Origin: a virus
Taxonomy: Duplodnaviria; Caudoviricetes
Reading direction: 5' to 3' (one strand)
IMG/VR virus record: IMGVR_UViG_3300032227_000508
Location: 926-64,925 of that record
Length of the DNA stretch: 64,000 nucleotides
The position numbers and the translations under genes were made by a program. Positions 8,387 to 18,900 of this stretch are shown here, piece after piece. The first letter of the stretch is position 1, and each line of letters opens with the position of its first letter. The notes beneath the pieces are model-generated. The model did no database searches. It had not been told where the DNA came from and saw only the letters and a program-made list of their open reading frames with translations.

Positions 8387-11225
8387 TTGGGATAGTATAG
8401 ACCCGTTAAAAATCATTACTGCTGAAAATATTCTCGATGCGGTTAATGATGAAAAACTAGTGCCTAGGGAAAATATCCTAACTATGGGTACTCCTAAAAA
8501 AGCTATGAGTATGGTAAGGATGGCAGGCACGTTCTGGTTTAATACTAGCAATCCATATTATGATGCAAAGCTTCGCTCAAGTTTAAATCCAACGGGACTG
8601 CAATTAGTAGCAAAAAGAGACATAACTGAACTTAGACCTAACATTGGATTTGAAGCAAGAACTATTACAACATCTTCTTATAATGCATTAAACAATTTTG
8701 ATAAAGCAAACTTTAGCAGTTCTGGCTACAAGGTATCTCAAAACTCTACAGGTTCATTAGGAAGTCAAGCATCTAACTATACAATTGGACAACAATTCTA
8801 TTATGCATTTCATTTTACAAATACTGGAACAATAGTCACACAAGGCAATGTTGTTTTTACAATAACTATACCTAATGGATTATCTTGTGTTTTATCGGGC
8901 GGGCAACCTACTGTACTTCATCTAAGAGGGGGAAGCGTTATCACTCCAAGTACAGCAGCTACATTAGTTGGGAATACTTTGACAATTACCATTACAGCCT
9001 CTACTAATCCATACGATGTCTCTACTAATCCTGCTGCATATCATATAAGCGTACTAATGACATCTTATTTATATTCGGGTTGGAATAATGGAACACCTCC
9101 GCCAGCTATAGTTTATATGCCAACAGTATCGTCTGCATATTATGCGGTAAATAGCCCTTTGTCGTCTGATTTTTATATTAGTTTAAATTATGCAGCACTA
9201 ACAATAACAAAAACAAATCCATATACAGGCACAATAACATTTAACCAAGAGTTTGATTATACAATGCGTATATCTAACGCTAGCTCAGTTTCTGCAACTG
9301 GAGTGGTATTTACCGACGTTTTGCCAACAGGATTAACTTTTGTCTCTATAACTGAGGTTCCTGCGGGCTGGACTGCGTCTATATCAGGGCAGACCGTTAC
9401 TGTAAATGCAAACGCTAATTCAGTTGTTTATTTAGGAGGATATTTTATTAAAATAAAAGTAAGAGCTACAGGAGAGAATACCAATATAAGCAATACGGCA
9501 AGTGTATTAGGAAGCAACTCATTTGCCGCAAGTGCTACAAAAACTAACTATATTGATTTCAAGAGAACTCCTACATTAACATCGCAGGCATATTCTACTT
9601 GCTCTTCAAGTGTAACGTATCTAGTGTATAGAGACACTAACGCCCTATCTACTACATATAATCAGTACTATGTAAATAACGTAAGTGTTGGAAATACTGC
9701 ACCAACAAACGGAGCGTGTTCATTTAATGGTAGCTATACAGCAAATTATTATTCAAGTGGAACTAAGAATAATTGTACTAATACTTGCTCTCCAACAACA
9801 ACAGTAGCAGGAAGTACAGTTGTACTAAATAACGGAGCAGGATTTCCTACTTACACTACAACAGGAACTTATACCTCATCGATATCTCAAGCTGACGCAA
9901 ATGCTCAGGCAAAGATAATAGCTGACAATGCATTTAATGCTGGACTACAAGCTAAGTATAATGCTGAAGGGTACTGTACTTGGACAGCTTCTAATATATC
10001 TAAAAGTTATAGTCAAGCCTTTACAAGAAATAACTGCGGTACTAATTGCTATGGAAACGGAACAGTAGATTACGGTAATAGTCAGACACGTTCTGCTACT
10101 TCTACATCATCTTGTACGGCTGCAATTACTTCTGCTGAAACGACTGCTTATAATGCTGCATACGCTGTTGTGCAGGCTAATGGGCAGAACCACGCTAATG
10201 CCAATGGCACTTGTTGTTGTTGGGTTGCAGACCCTATCTGTAGTGGATGTAATTATTTAGGAAACCGAGAAAGAGACAATTGTACTGGAGCATATAGAAA
10301 TACAACACCAACAGAGACTAGTGCTTGCCGATGCAATGAAAATTGTCAAGGAACAATTTGGGCTGCCTATTGTGATGGGACAACTAGAAAACGAAAGAAA
10401 GTATACAATTGTTATCCATATAATGACGAGGGAACTATAGAAACTGTTACGACTTGTGACACTACTAATTGTGGGGCAACCACTTCCCAAGTCGCAGGCA
10501 CCACTTCAATAGGGACATATTTTACTTGTGCAAACAGAAGCGTGACAGCCAATCTTGTTTATAAAAATACTAATGTATGTTACACAGGAACTAGTATTTA
10601 CTATGTAAGCGGGGCTTGGCGGATAACAGACCCCACTAATACATTTCCAAATACAACGCCTGATTATAGTATTTTTAAGGGGATTAGGTCTTATGATGGG
10701 AACAACTTTAATGTATACGAAAACTCAAATGCTTGTTCAGGGTATAATTATTTATTTACAAATCCAGAACCTAACCAGCCCGACGATGTTTACACAAATA
10801 GTTTTGGGGGAGATGAAATTGAATTTGAAGCAACTAGGAGCGGTGGCTTTACAAGAAATAATTGTAGTTTTGGATATATAGGAGGAACGGTTTCTTATTC
10901 AAATACTTATTATAGAGGTGGTCTACTCAATCAAGATGGGGTTGATATATTAGCTGACGCTAACTTTCCTGCTGATGGACAAGACTACGCTAATGCCACA
11001 GGTTCTTGTACAGCTCAAGTATGTAAGATATACGATATCGTTGCTCTTAGTTCTGGATATTCTGTAAAAGGAAATTATACTTTATGTAATGGAGCAGGAG
11101 GAACATTTAATTTCTTTGCTAACTCTTCGGGGGTTATTGGGACAACCCCTTGCGTTAATGAAAATTCAGTTTCTATAACGGAATCAGGTAGTGGTGCTGG
11201 CATACAAGTAGGCTCTACTTGTTAA
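8376..11225 (+). CDS. Virion-associated protein with DUF11-like Ig domain and DUF5977-like Cys-rich repeats
   Basis: LTITKT...FDYTMRISN...ATGVVFTDVLPTGLTFVS (DUF11-like); YTSSISQADANAQA, FTRNNCG, NGQNHANANGTC (DUF5977-like); about 31 Cys. Confidence 0.7.
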   Translation: MPTNWDSIDPLKIITAENILDAVNDEKLVPRENILTMGTPKKAMSMVRMAGTFWFNTSNPYYDAKLRSSLNPTGLQLVAKRDITELRPNIGFEARTITTSSYNALNNFDKANFSSSGYKVSQNSTGSLGSQASNYTIGQQFYYAFHFTNTGTIVTQGNVVFTITIPNGLSCVLSGGQPTVLHLRGGSVITPSTAATLVGNTLTITITASTNPYDVSTNPAAYHISVLMTSYLYSGWNNGTPPPAIVYMPTVSSAYYAVNSPLSSDFYISLNYAALTITKTNPYTGTITFNQEFDYTMRISNASSVSATGVVFTDVLPTGLTFVSITEVPAGWTASISGQTVTVNANANSVVYLGGYFIKIKVRATGENTNISNTASVLGSNSFAASATKTNYIDFKRTPTLTSQAYSTCSSSVTYLVYRDTNALSTTYNQYYVNNVSVGNTAPTNGACSFNGSYTANYYSSGTKNNCTNTCSPTTTVAGSTVVLNNGAGFPTYTTTGTYTSSISQADANAQAKIIADNAFNAGLQAKYNAEGYCTWTASNISKSYSQAFTRNNCGTNCYGNGTVDYGNSQTRSATSTSSCTAAITSAETTAYNAAYAVVQANGQNHANANGTCCCWVADPICSGCNYLGNRERDNCTGAYRNTTPTETSACRCNENCQGTIWAAYCDGTTRKRKKVYNCYPYNDEGTIETVTTCDTTNCGATTSQVAGTTSIGTYFTCANRSVTANLVYKNTNVCYTGTSIYYVSGAWRITDPTNTFPNTTPDYSIFKGIRSYDGNNFNVYENSNACSGYNYLFTNPEPNQPDDVYTNSFGGDEIEFEATRSGGFTRNNCSFGYIGGTVSYSNTYYRGGLLNQDGVDILADANFPADGQDYANATGSCTAQVCKIYDIVALSSGYSVKGNYTLCNGAGGTFNFFANSSGVIGTTPCVNENSVSITESGSGAGIQVGSTC

Positions 11226-11243
11226 TATTATTATTTTTATTAT

Positions 11244-11251
11244 TATATTTG
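11244..11251 (+). promoter_or_regulatory. Bacteroidota sigma-70 -7 element TATATTTG
   Basis: Exact TAnnTTTG in an intergenic gap 20 nt before an ATG. Confidence 0.65.
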
Positions 11252-11271
11252 CATAACCAAATAAAGGAGAG

Positions 11272-11535
11272 ATGAATAAATTTCTAATGATTGCAAAGGC
11301 TTGGGGTATAGCCGTTTTTCATACAGACGAACAGAAAGAATTAGCTGACAAGCGTTCTGCGGTTTGCTCTACTTGCCCATCACTACAAGAGGTTGACGTA
11401 AAGAATATGACGGGAGGATTAGTTAACAACTACTTCCTATGTGGTAGCTGCGGATGCCCCCTACAAGGGAAGATATATACACCAATAGATAGCCCAAAAG
11501 AACAGAAGTGCCCACTAGGCAAATGGGAGAATTAA
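11272..11535 (+). CDS. Small Cys-rich (CxxC...CxxCGC...CPLGKW) putative metal-binding phage protein
   Basis: Motifs CSTC, CGSCGC, CPLGKW in translation. Confidence 0.65.
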   Translation: MNKFLMIAKAWGIAVFHTDEQKELADKRSAVCSTCPSLQEVDVKNMTGGLVNNYFLCGSCGCPLQGKIYTPIDSPKEQKCPLGKWEN

Positions 11536-11538
11536 TAT

Positions 11539-11546
11539 TATATTTG
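11539..11546 (+). promoter_or_regulatory. -7 element TATATTTG
   Basis: Exact TAnnTTTG, intergenic, 19 nt before ATG. Confidence 0.6.
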
Positions 11547-11565
11547 TAAAAATAAATCAAACAGA

Positions 11566-12027
11566 ATGGAAAAAATCAAATTGTCATTAGCAGAACTGCT
11601 AACATTAGAGGCTGAGTTAAATGGCTACAGCTACATCCGATTAAACCCAGAAACAAAAAAAGAAGAAGAAGTTGTTGTTTTTATCGGTTTTCTTAAAGAA
11701 AAATTAAATTTAGCTACCAAGTACTGGCTTACAAAGTTATCTGATAAGTTAACTTCTAAGAAGAAGACTATCGAGACATTGCGTATTGAGCTTGTCAAAA
11801 AATTTGGAAAAGAGCAAGAAGATGGAAGTATTAAAGTTGAAGAATATGTAGATGAAACAAAAAAAGAATTTACTCCTAGTTATATTGAATATCAACAAGA
11901 GTGGTTTAAATTACTATCTGAGGAAGAAGAGGTTGAGTACAACCCTATCTCTGTATCTGACTTAGAGAAAATAGACTCAGAAGGCAATTATAATTTAATA
12001 TTTAAGTTGGTTAAGAGCAATGACTAA
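11566..12027 (+). CDS. Hypothetical protein (acidic/basic, helical)
   Basis: 153-aa ORF with promoter and A-rich leader; no recognised motif. Confidence 0.6.
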   Translation: MEKIKLSLAELLTLEAELNGYSYIRLNPETKKEEEVVVFIGFLKEKLNLATKYWLTKLSDKLTSKKKTIETLRIELVKKFGKEQEDGSIKVEEYVDETKKEFTPSYIEYQQEWFKLLSEEEEVEYNPISVSDLEKIDSEGNYNLIFKLVKSND

Positions 12028-12154
12028 CAACCAATTAATTTGGTTTGCTGTACTTTGGGGGGTGGTATGCGTAAGTTTTATCACCTTCCTTGTGTATAAT
12101 ATTCTGAGATTCCAAAAGGATTGGAAGATTACATATAAAAAGATTTTGAGATAG
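12020..12154 (+). CDS. 44-aa single-TM membrane protein (not in ORF track)
   Basis: MTNNQLIWFAVLWGVVCVSFITFLVYNILRFQKDWKITYKKILR; overlaps the preceding stop; precedes the lysis genes. Confidence 0.55.
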   Translation: MTNNQLIWFAVLWGVVCVSFITFLVYNILRFQKDWKITYKKILR

Positions 12155-12167
12155 CATTAATGTAGCC

Positions 12168-12175
12168 TATCTTTG
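12168..12175 (+). promoter_or_regulatory. -7 element TATCTTTG upstream of lysis cassette
   Basis: Exact TAnnTTTG 20 nt before ATG 12196. Confidence 0.6.
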
Positions 12176-12195
12176 TAAGGTAACTTACAAGATAA

Positions 12196-12393
12196 ATGAA
12201 CGATAGTAGTCCAGAAACGGGAATAATAAACGTAGCCCTTAGTGTAGTTAGTGCAGCGGTTTCCTTAGCAAGCATTCAAAGTTTTGTAGGAATCATAGCG
12301 GGATTAGTTGCAATTATATCAGGCTCGTTTGCTATTAGGTACTACTACCACAAGACAGAGCAGGTTCTCAAGACGAAGAAAGATGTTGAATGA
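12196..12393 (+). CDS. Holin/antiholin candidate 1
   Basis: 65 aa, hydrophobic helices, basic C-terminus, upstream of endolysin. Confidence 0.55.
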   Translation: MNDSSPETGIINVALSVVSAAVSLASIQSFVGIIAGLVAIISGSFAIRYYYHKTEQVLKTKKDVE

Positions 12394-12616
12394 ATTTTTT
12401 AAGGATGAAAAAGGAAACTACTCTCACACAAGACTCATATCAATTATTGGGTCTTTTATTGTTTTAGGGTCTTTTACAATGTATCCAACGAATGACGGTC
12501 TACAGAATATTGTGTTAGGTATATTGGCTGCATCACTAACAAACGCTACAGCGTCAAAGTTTGCAAATAGAAAACAAAATAGTAAAGACTATGGTAACGA
12601 GCCAGCAGGCGACTAA
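12383..12616 (+). CDS. Holin candidate 2 (start re-assigned to MLNEFFKDEKGNYSHTRL)
   Basis: Two TM segments and a charged C-tail; overlaps neighbours on both sides. Confidence 0.55.
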   Translation: MLNEFFKDEKGNYSHTRLISIIGSFIVLGSFTMYPTNDGLQNIVLGILAASLTNATASKFANRKQNSKDYGNEPAGD

Positions 12617-13010
12617 TAAGTACGGAGAACCATCGCAGGACAACCCTCATTTAATATTATGGGACGTGCCAGCCGAGTTAGAAATAGGAGTAATTCCTAA
12701 GCGAATATATTGCAACAAAGATATGGTTGTTCCATTATCTAATGCATTTAAGAAGCTTATTGACACCAATTGTGTTGATGAATTAAAGACGTGGGACGGA
12801 TGCTTTAACATCAGAAAGAAGCGGGGCTTAAATTCAATGAGCTTGCATTCGTGGGCGATTGCTGTGGATGTAAATGCTTTCGAGAATGGGCTAAATCAAG
12901 AGCCTAAGCTATCTAAGGAATTTGTACAATGTTTTACAAGTTCAGGATTTGATTGGGGCGGAGTCTGGCAAAGAAAAGATGGTATGCACTTTCAATTATC
13001 AAACATATGA
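12591..13010 (+). CDS. Endolysin, peptidase M15 family
   Basis: GCFNIR...SLHSWAIAVD...GFDWGGVW...DGMHFQL Zn-peptidase motifs; start re-assigned to MVTSQQA. Confidence 0.85.
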   Translation: MVTSQQATNKYGEPSQDNPHLILWDVPAELEIGVIPKRIYCNKDMVVPLSNAFKKLIDTNCVDELKTWDGCFNIRKKRGLNSMSLHSWAIAVDVNAFENGLNQEPKLSKEFVQCFTSSGFDWGGVWQRKDGMHFQLSNI

Positions 13011-13492
13011 AAAATAAAATTTTAATTATTCTTACTATTGTTGCCTTTGCATCTTGTAAGCCATCTAAGGTAACTACTATTGTATCCGAAAAGATACGAA
13101 TTGATACGATTCGTGACTACAAAGTGATTACAAAATTCAACGCTATTCACGACACGTTATTAATTGACAACCCTTGCGATTCTGCTGGCATCTTAACGAC
13201 TTTCTACTCAAGGATAATACTACCACAAGGAAAGATAATTATAAGGTCTTACAGGGGCAAGATTCAAACCACCGTAAACATCGACTCTATTAAGAGTGTA
13301 TATGAGAAAAAGTATCGCTATAAGGAAACTTCTGATGTTAAAGCTTCTACTAAAATTGTGACAAAAACAATCTACCCAACTTGGTTATGGATGTCGTTTA
13401 CATTTGAGACTTTAATTATTTTGGGGTATATTTACTTCAGAATATTTTATCCTACAAATAATGGCAAAGGTTTTAAACGTTACAGTATTTAG
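13007..13492 (+). CDS. Unimolecular spanin (u-spanin) candidate
   Basis: MKNKILIILTIVAFAS-C lipoprotein signal, beta-rich body, C-terminal TM helix (WLWMSFTFETLIILGYIYF), directly after endolysin. Confidence 0.75.
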   Translation: MKNKILIILTIVAFASCKPSKVTTIVSEKIRIDTIRDYKVITKFNAIHDTLLIDNPCDSAGILTTFYSRIILPQGKIIIRSYRGKIQTTVNIDSIKSVYEKKYRYKETSDVKASTKIVTKTIYPTWLWMSFTFETLIILGYIYFRIFYPTNNGKGFKRYSI

Positions 13493-13598
13493 GAGTAAAA
13501 CCAAGAAGAGTAACAAGGGTGTTCACGCAAAAACAAAGACATCCTCGGCAAAGGGGAGTAAGAATTATAAAAAATCATATAAAGGACAAGGGAAATAA
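13461..13598 (+). CDS. 45-aa Lys-rich basic protein (not in ORF track)
   Basis: MAKVLNVTVFRSKTKKSNKGVHAKTKTSSAKGSKNYKKSYKGQGK; stop overlaps next ATG. Confidence 0.65.
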   Translation: MAKVLNVTVFRSKTKKSNKGVHAKTKTSSAKGSKNYKKSYKGQGK

Positions 13599-13792
13599 TG
13601 GAATTCGGAGACAACAATTATAATATCTATACAGAAAAAGATTTGCACGAAATAAAAAGAATTTCAATGATTGGTAGTAAGCTAGAGATATTACTAGAGT
13701 CATTGGATGCTATTCAGGTTTTAAATGAAGCAAAGTTTGATATAGAAGAGAAAATCGTTGTAAAGCTCTCGAAGTTAATAGATTTAGTATAA
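13598..13792 (+). CDS. Hypothetical protein
   Basis: 64-aa ORF translationally coupled to upstream gene. Confidence 0.55.
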   Translation: MEFGDNNYNIYTEKDLHEIKRISMIGSKLEILLESLDAIQVLNEAKFDIEEKIVVKLSKLIDLV

Positions 13793-13815
13793 TATTTTTT
13801 TGTTTAAGTAATTGT

Positions 13816-13844
13816 AATGCCTCGGTTTAATAAGCTGGGGCATT
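13816..13844 (+). terminator. Stem-loop after lysis cassette, possible terminator
   Basis: AATGCCTCGG-loop-CTGGGGCATT; weak U-tract. Confidence 0.4.
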
Positions 13845-13866
13845 GTCGTATATAGTAAAAAATTGT

Positions 13867-13874
13867 TAACTTTG
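13867..13874 (+). promoter_or_regulatory. -7 element TAACTTTG for tail operon
   Basis: Exact TAnnTTTG with a TTG about 21 nt upstream. Confidence 0.65.
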
Positions 13875-13897
13875 ACTTAAATTAAAAGAATAATATA

Positions 13898-14569
13898 ATG
13901 GCAGTTTCAATCGAAGAGGCACATAAGTTTATTAGAAGCATTCTAAAGAAGAACAAGGGGGGATTTGTTTCTCCTTCGGACATAGATATGTACTTAAACA
14001 GAGCTGTTTCCGATTGGATTTCGGCTATTGTTTTTAAATACAAGAAAACAAAGAAGTTTGACTACGACCACTTGCTAACCAAGAGAATTGATTTTTCAGT
14101 AGTAGCAGGGAGTGGAATAATGAATTTACCTGCTGACTACTTAGAAGGATTAACTATTTACATAACAAACGGCAACTTAGTCGAAGGAACGCTATATAAC
14201 TGGGATGAATTTTTAGAGGTAACAAGCTCAAAGATAATAACACCATCTATTTCATATCCTGCGGCAACTATTTTTTTAGATAGTGCAAATGCTGCTAAGA
14301 TTCAGTTTGCTCCTGTTCCCGTTTCAGGAACTTATGTTTATACACTTGTATATGTAAAGAAGCCAACTACTGCAGTTTTCAATTTTACTACATCTAGCGG
14401 CAATATAACATACGCTGGCGGAGGCTCTGTAGATTTAGATATCTCAGATAGATTCTTGGGAGACATATACGCAAGAACATTAATGTACTTAGGGGTGACG
14501 TTAGATAGTCCTATACTTCTTCAGACAGAACAAATTAAGGATGCTAACCAAAAAAATGACGAGAGATAA
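13898..14569 (+). CDS. Tail ring/adaptor protein (crAss-like)
   Basis: N-terminal ...ILKKNKGGFVSPSDIDMYLNRA resembles crAss-like ring proteins; first of three similar-sized genes before the muzzle gene. Confidence 0.65.
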   Translation: MAVSIEEAHKFIRSILKKNKGGFVSPSDIDMYLNRAVSDWISAIVFKYKKTKKFDYDHLLTKRIDFSVVAGSGIMNLPADYLEGLTIYITNGNLVEGTLYNWDEFLEVTSSKIITPSISYPAATIFLDSANAAKIQFAPVPVSGTYVYTLVYVKKPTTAVFNFTTSSGNITYAGGGSVDLDISDRFLGDIYARTLMYLGVTLDSPILLQTEQIKDANQKNDER

Positions 14570-15210
14570 TGGCAACCAAATCGACTATTAGTGAACAAGT
14601 ACAGCGAATCTATGCTAGATTCTTAGACAAAAACAACCCATCGGATGTTATAGATATCAGAGAGGTAATGCTTCTTGTAAATCAGTCTATCAACAAGATA
14701 TTAAAGCTTGAGGTAGCTGAGTCGTTTAAAGCAGGGTTGGTAGACGTACCTAAGTGTAGTCTTATTCAGTATACTGCATCGGTAACTGCGGACGCTACTA
14801 ACAATCGCTCTTTCATTACACTACCTGTTATCCCATTGACGTTACCTTTAGACATGGGTATCTGGAGTATCTCTGCATCTAATGCGGCAATGACCCCGTA
14901 TATCCCTATTCCCGCACAAGACGTGTTGGTATTCCAAGGGGCTAACCTAAGTTACTTAGAGGGGCAGGTTGGGTACTACATTCAAGGCAAGAAGGTATTC
15001 TTTACAAAGGACATCACATTAGCAGGAAACGGTTCAATTAGTTCTGTTATAGTCAACATACTAGCGTCTGACTTCTCTCAATTTGGAGACAACGATATGC
15101 TACCTATATCTCCTGAGGTAGAGTCTGCTGTAATTACGGAGGTACTAAATATAATTAGCGGAGGTAGAGTTTCACAAGCAGAACTAGCTAGTCAACAACA
15201 AGCTCAATAG
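14569..15210 (+). CDS. Tail ring protein candidate 2
   Basis: 213 aa, coupled; size and synteny. Confidence 0.55.
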   Translation: MATKSTISEQVQRIYARFLDKNNPSDVIDIREVMLLVNQSINKILKLEVAESFKAGLVDVPKCSLIQYTASVTADATNNRSFITLPVIPLTLPLDMGIWSISASNAAMTPYIPIPAQDVLVFQGANLSYLEGQVGYYIQGKKVFFTKDITLAGNGSISSVIVNILASDFSQFGDNDMLPISPEVESAVITEVLNIISGGRVSQAELASQQQAQ

Positions 15211-15212
15211 AT

Positions 15213-15971
15213 ATGAAAACTAAGTCTATAAATATAATTGTTAGAGATGCCCTTTTGGACAACGGTCTTCCTTTACATTACTACACAAGGTACTTGCACC
15301 ACGCACTAAGAATCACAGACGAGTTGTCTATGGACTTTAGTATGGGGAATGTTAAAATGGTAGAATTAAGTACAACTTCTTACCAAAGAGCAATTCTTCC
15401 TAATGATTTTATTGACGTAGTTGATGTTTCAGCAAAACACGGAGAAAGATTACTTCCTTTAGAAAGAGATAGAGCATTAAATAAAATTTACAATTATGAT
15501 GATAGTGGAAACCGGATCCCGTATCCTACTGACACAAATATCAATTATGATGCAGAGTTTAATTATAATTTAATTTCTGGTGCAAATAATTTAAATACAA
15601 GAGGAGAATTAGTTGGAAGGTATTATGGTAAACAACGCAAGCCATTATTGGTGTATGATATTGATACAATTAATTCTGAAATTGTATTTTCAAATACAAT
15701 GGCTCTCGAAGAAATTACTTTATCATATATCACTTCAGCAGTATCTAGGTCTACAGCTAATCTTGTAACCCCATACGCTACAGATGTAATTACAAAGTAC
15801 ATACAAATGATGGCGGTTAAGGCAGAGGGAACTACGTTAGGTAAATACCAACTAGCTAAACAAGAGTACGACAACGCTCGTAGAATATTTAGAGCTAGAA
15901 TGAACTCTATGGATTATGCTGAAATCATTGGAGCAACAAGAAGAGGTATTCACGGAAGTATTAAGAATTAA
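15213..15971 (+). CDS. Tail ring protein candidate 3
   Basis: 252 aa; size and synteny. Confidence 0.55.
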   Translation: MKTKSINIIVRDALLDNGLPLHYYTRYLHHALRITDELSMDFSMGNVKMVELSTTSYQRAILPNDFIDVVDVSAKHGERLLPLERDRALNKIYNYDDSGNRIPYPTDTNINYDAEFNYNLISGANNLNTRGELVGRYYGKQRKPLLVYDIDTINSEIVFSNTMALEEITLSYITSAVSRSTANLVTPYATDVITKYIQMMAVKAEGTTLGKYQLAKQEYDNARRIFRARMNSMDYAEIIGATRRGIHGSIKN

Positions 15972-15996
15972 CAAACAAGAATTTAACATTTAACAA

Positions 15997-18900
15997 ATGG
16001 CTAAGGTAAGTCTCAGAGCATCAGGTGGTTTGAATAAAGATTTTGATCCAAACAATTTACCAGAAGGAGATTATTCTTCAGCTTCAAATATTGTATTTGA
16101 TTTTGGTAAGTCGGGTGGTGCTGGAGCAATACGTTTATTAGAATCAATTAGAACTTCGGGGGTTTCTGCTACCAATATAAAGGCTACAACACAAGATGTT
16201 GATGGTACAATTTATGTTCTTGGAGATAATGGGAGCACAGCATCTATTTATAAGATACCTACTACATTAGACACTAAGACTACATTAGTTACATATACTC
16301 ATTTAGTTACAACTACATTTGTCCCTGATTTAAAGATTATTGGGGCATCAATTGTATGGAATTATGCAGAAGAAGGAACGGTTCTTATTTGCCCAACAAC
16401 AGATGTGATAGCAGGCACTCGTACAATATTAGATTTAAAGTTACAAAAGGACACTCCTAATAATGTTGTTAGTGTTGTAAAAACAATCGGAACAGGAATT
16501 GATTTTCTTGAGTCAAATGATTTTCAATTTGCAAGTAGATATCAATATAAAAATAAAGAATATTCTGTACTAGGAAATTATAGCCAAGTATTTAAAGGAG
16601 AAAAAGGAACTGCAAATTATATCTTATCTTATGCTTTTGGGGGAACTCCTTATTTTGCAACATACCTTGAGGTATATGTTAGGATAGGGAACAATGGTAT
16701 TTGGAGAAGAATTGACACTCAATTAATATCTGCCTATACGGGGGCTTTTACTTGGCTTGGGCAGACATATGAAAGTCTTGACATTGTAACAACGGGAAAT
16801 CCTTATGACGCAGTACCTGTTAACGCAAAACATATTGAAATAGCTAAGAATAGAATATTCCTTGCTAATATAAAAGATGATTATGATATGTCATCTGCTA
16901 ATTTAGATTTTACATTATCATCAGCAAGCGGATACACATTGCCTAGTGGTGGATTATATAATTCATACATATCAGGCTCTCCATTAACAACTCCGACAAG
17001 TTCTGAAACAGGAAGTGATTATGTAAAACCCTTTGCAAATAATTCTGTTTATGGAGTTGGTATTGCATTTTATGATTCAGCTTTAAAAACTCGTGGAGTA
17101 GAAAAGTTTGAAAAAATCACTACGGGGAAATTTGCATATCCTATGATTCCTACGGTTACTGTTACGCTAAATGCGGGATATGTAAAGCCTGCTTGGGCAA
17201 AGTATGCACAGTTAGTGTATACTAAAAATACATCTAAGTCTTATTTTTTCGAAGGCTATGCAAGTAATATTTATTTTCAATTAAATCAAGTTGAAACAAA
17301 TCTTGTTACTAAAGAAACAACGGACATATTAGTTGCAAGTCAATCTGTTACAGTAGACCAACTAAAAGATATAAAATACTTTGTCATTGATTTAATGGGA
17401 ATGTATCGTGCGGGACAAATATATACTGTTGAGCAAGGGGATAGAGTTTTAATTAATACTCCAAATGGGTTATTAGATTTAAGAATTTTAGGTCAAGAAA
17501 ATAATTTAATTTATTGCGAATACTCTGGTATAGCAATGACTAATATCTCATTGCCTAATCCATTATTATTGTATTTTGAAATATACTCACCTAAACAAGT
17601 TCAAGAAGATGAGTCATTGGTTTTCTATGAGTATGGGAACTTAACAGATATTTCTGATTGGGTTTTTTCAACTACAAAAACATTTTCGGGAACAGGGACT
17701 TTAAATGGAGCTTCTGCTGCTAAATTGCTAGGAGATACAGTATTTACTAAAATAGAATTACCTGTTTACAAGACAGCTCCATTCTTATATAATACTCAAA
17801 GGACTGTGCCTGCGGCAATAGGTGCAGGTATTACCGAAAATGTAAGTACAATTATAAATGCTGATCTTGGTTCATTATCAAGCAGTACAACTGGTCCCGG
17901 AAGCCCTACTGATAAAACAGACACATCTGTTATTGTTAGTATTCCTTCGGGAACAAATGGAGATTCTGCAACTATTGTAGACAGTAGTACTGCATTTAAA
18001 TTAGCTGGTTTTTATGATATAGGAGTTCAAAAAGCTGGTATTAATAAATTAACTATTACATATAATTTAACTGCATCACAAACACTTCAATTGACAACTC
18101 CAACATCATTAGGTAGTTTATCTTGGGGGGTAACTGCTCAATTATACAAAACTCCTTATAATAATATTAAAAATGAGTATGATACTGCGTCTGAAAAGAT
18201 AGGGGCTAAATTTGATGTTTTCCCACGAAGAGATTTAACTACAGAAGGGACTAATGTTCCTGAACTTGCTAATCCTACTCAAATTATAGAATTAAATACA
18301 GATATTAAAAAACCATTTGAAGCAAATGATAAGTTCCATTTAGAGTTAACTTTATCATTAGATGCACAAAATGAAGTAACGGCATCACAAGTTTCAATTG
18401 CAAAGAATTCAACTTATGGAATTGTTATTACCTTAAATGGGAATAGAACTACTCCAAAAACAATTACTACCTATAATAATAACGCAACAGTTGAAACAAC
18501 AAATGTAAAGTATCTTATTAGGTCAATATCTAATGCAACAAGTAATAAGTTTTGGAATACATCTGCGGGCAAACCATCTATAATATCTACTTCTTCAGTA
18601 TCAACACGAAGAACAAATACTATTCGCTATGGTGGCAATTATGTTTCAGGTACTAATATTAATAATACTTGCTCTTTCTTTGCTTTAGATTCAAATGATG
18701 TAGCTATAGAGAATGGAGAAATTACTTCATTACAAAGAGCGTCTCGTTTACAAGGGAATGGTTCAATGTTACTTGTTCTTTGTCAAAAAGAATCAGCATA
18801 TATTATGATGGGAGAGCAAGAATTATCACAAGGGAATAACTCTTCGGTATATGCCCTTACAAATAATATGATAGGCACTATTAGAAACTTTGGCAATAAT

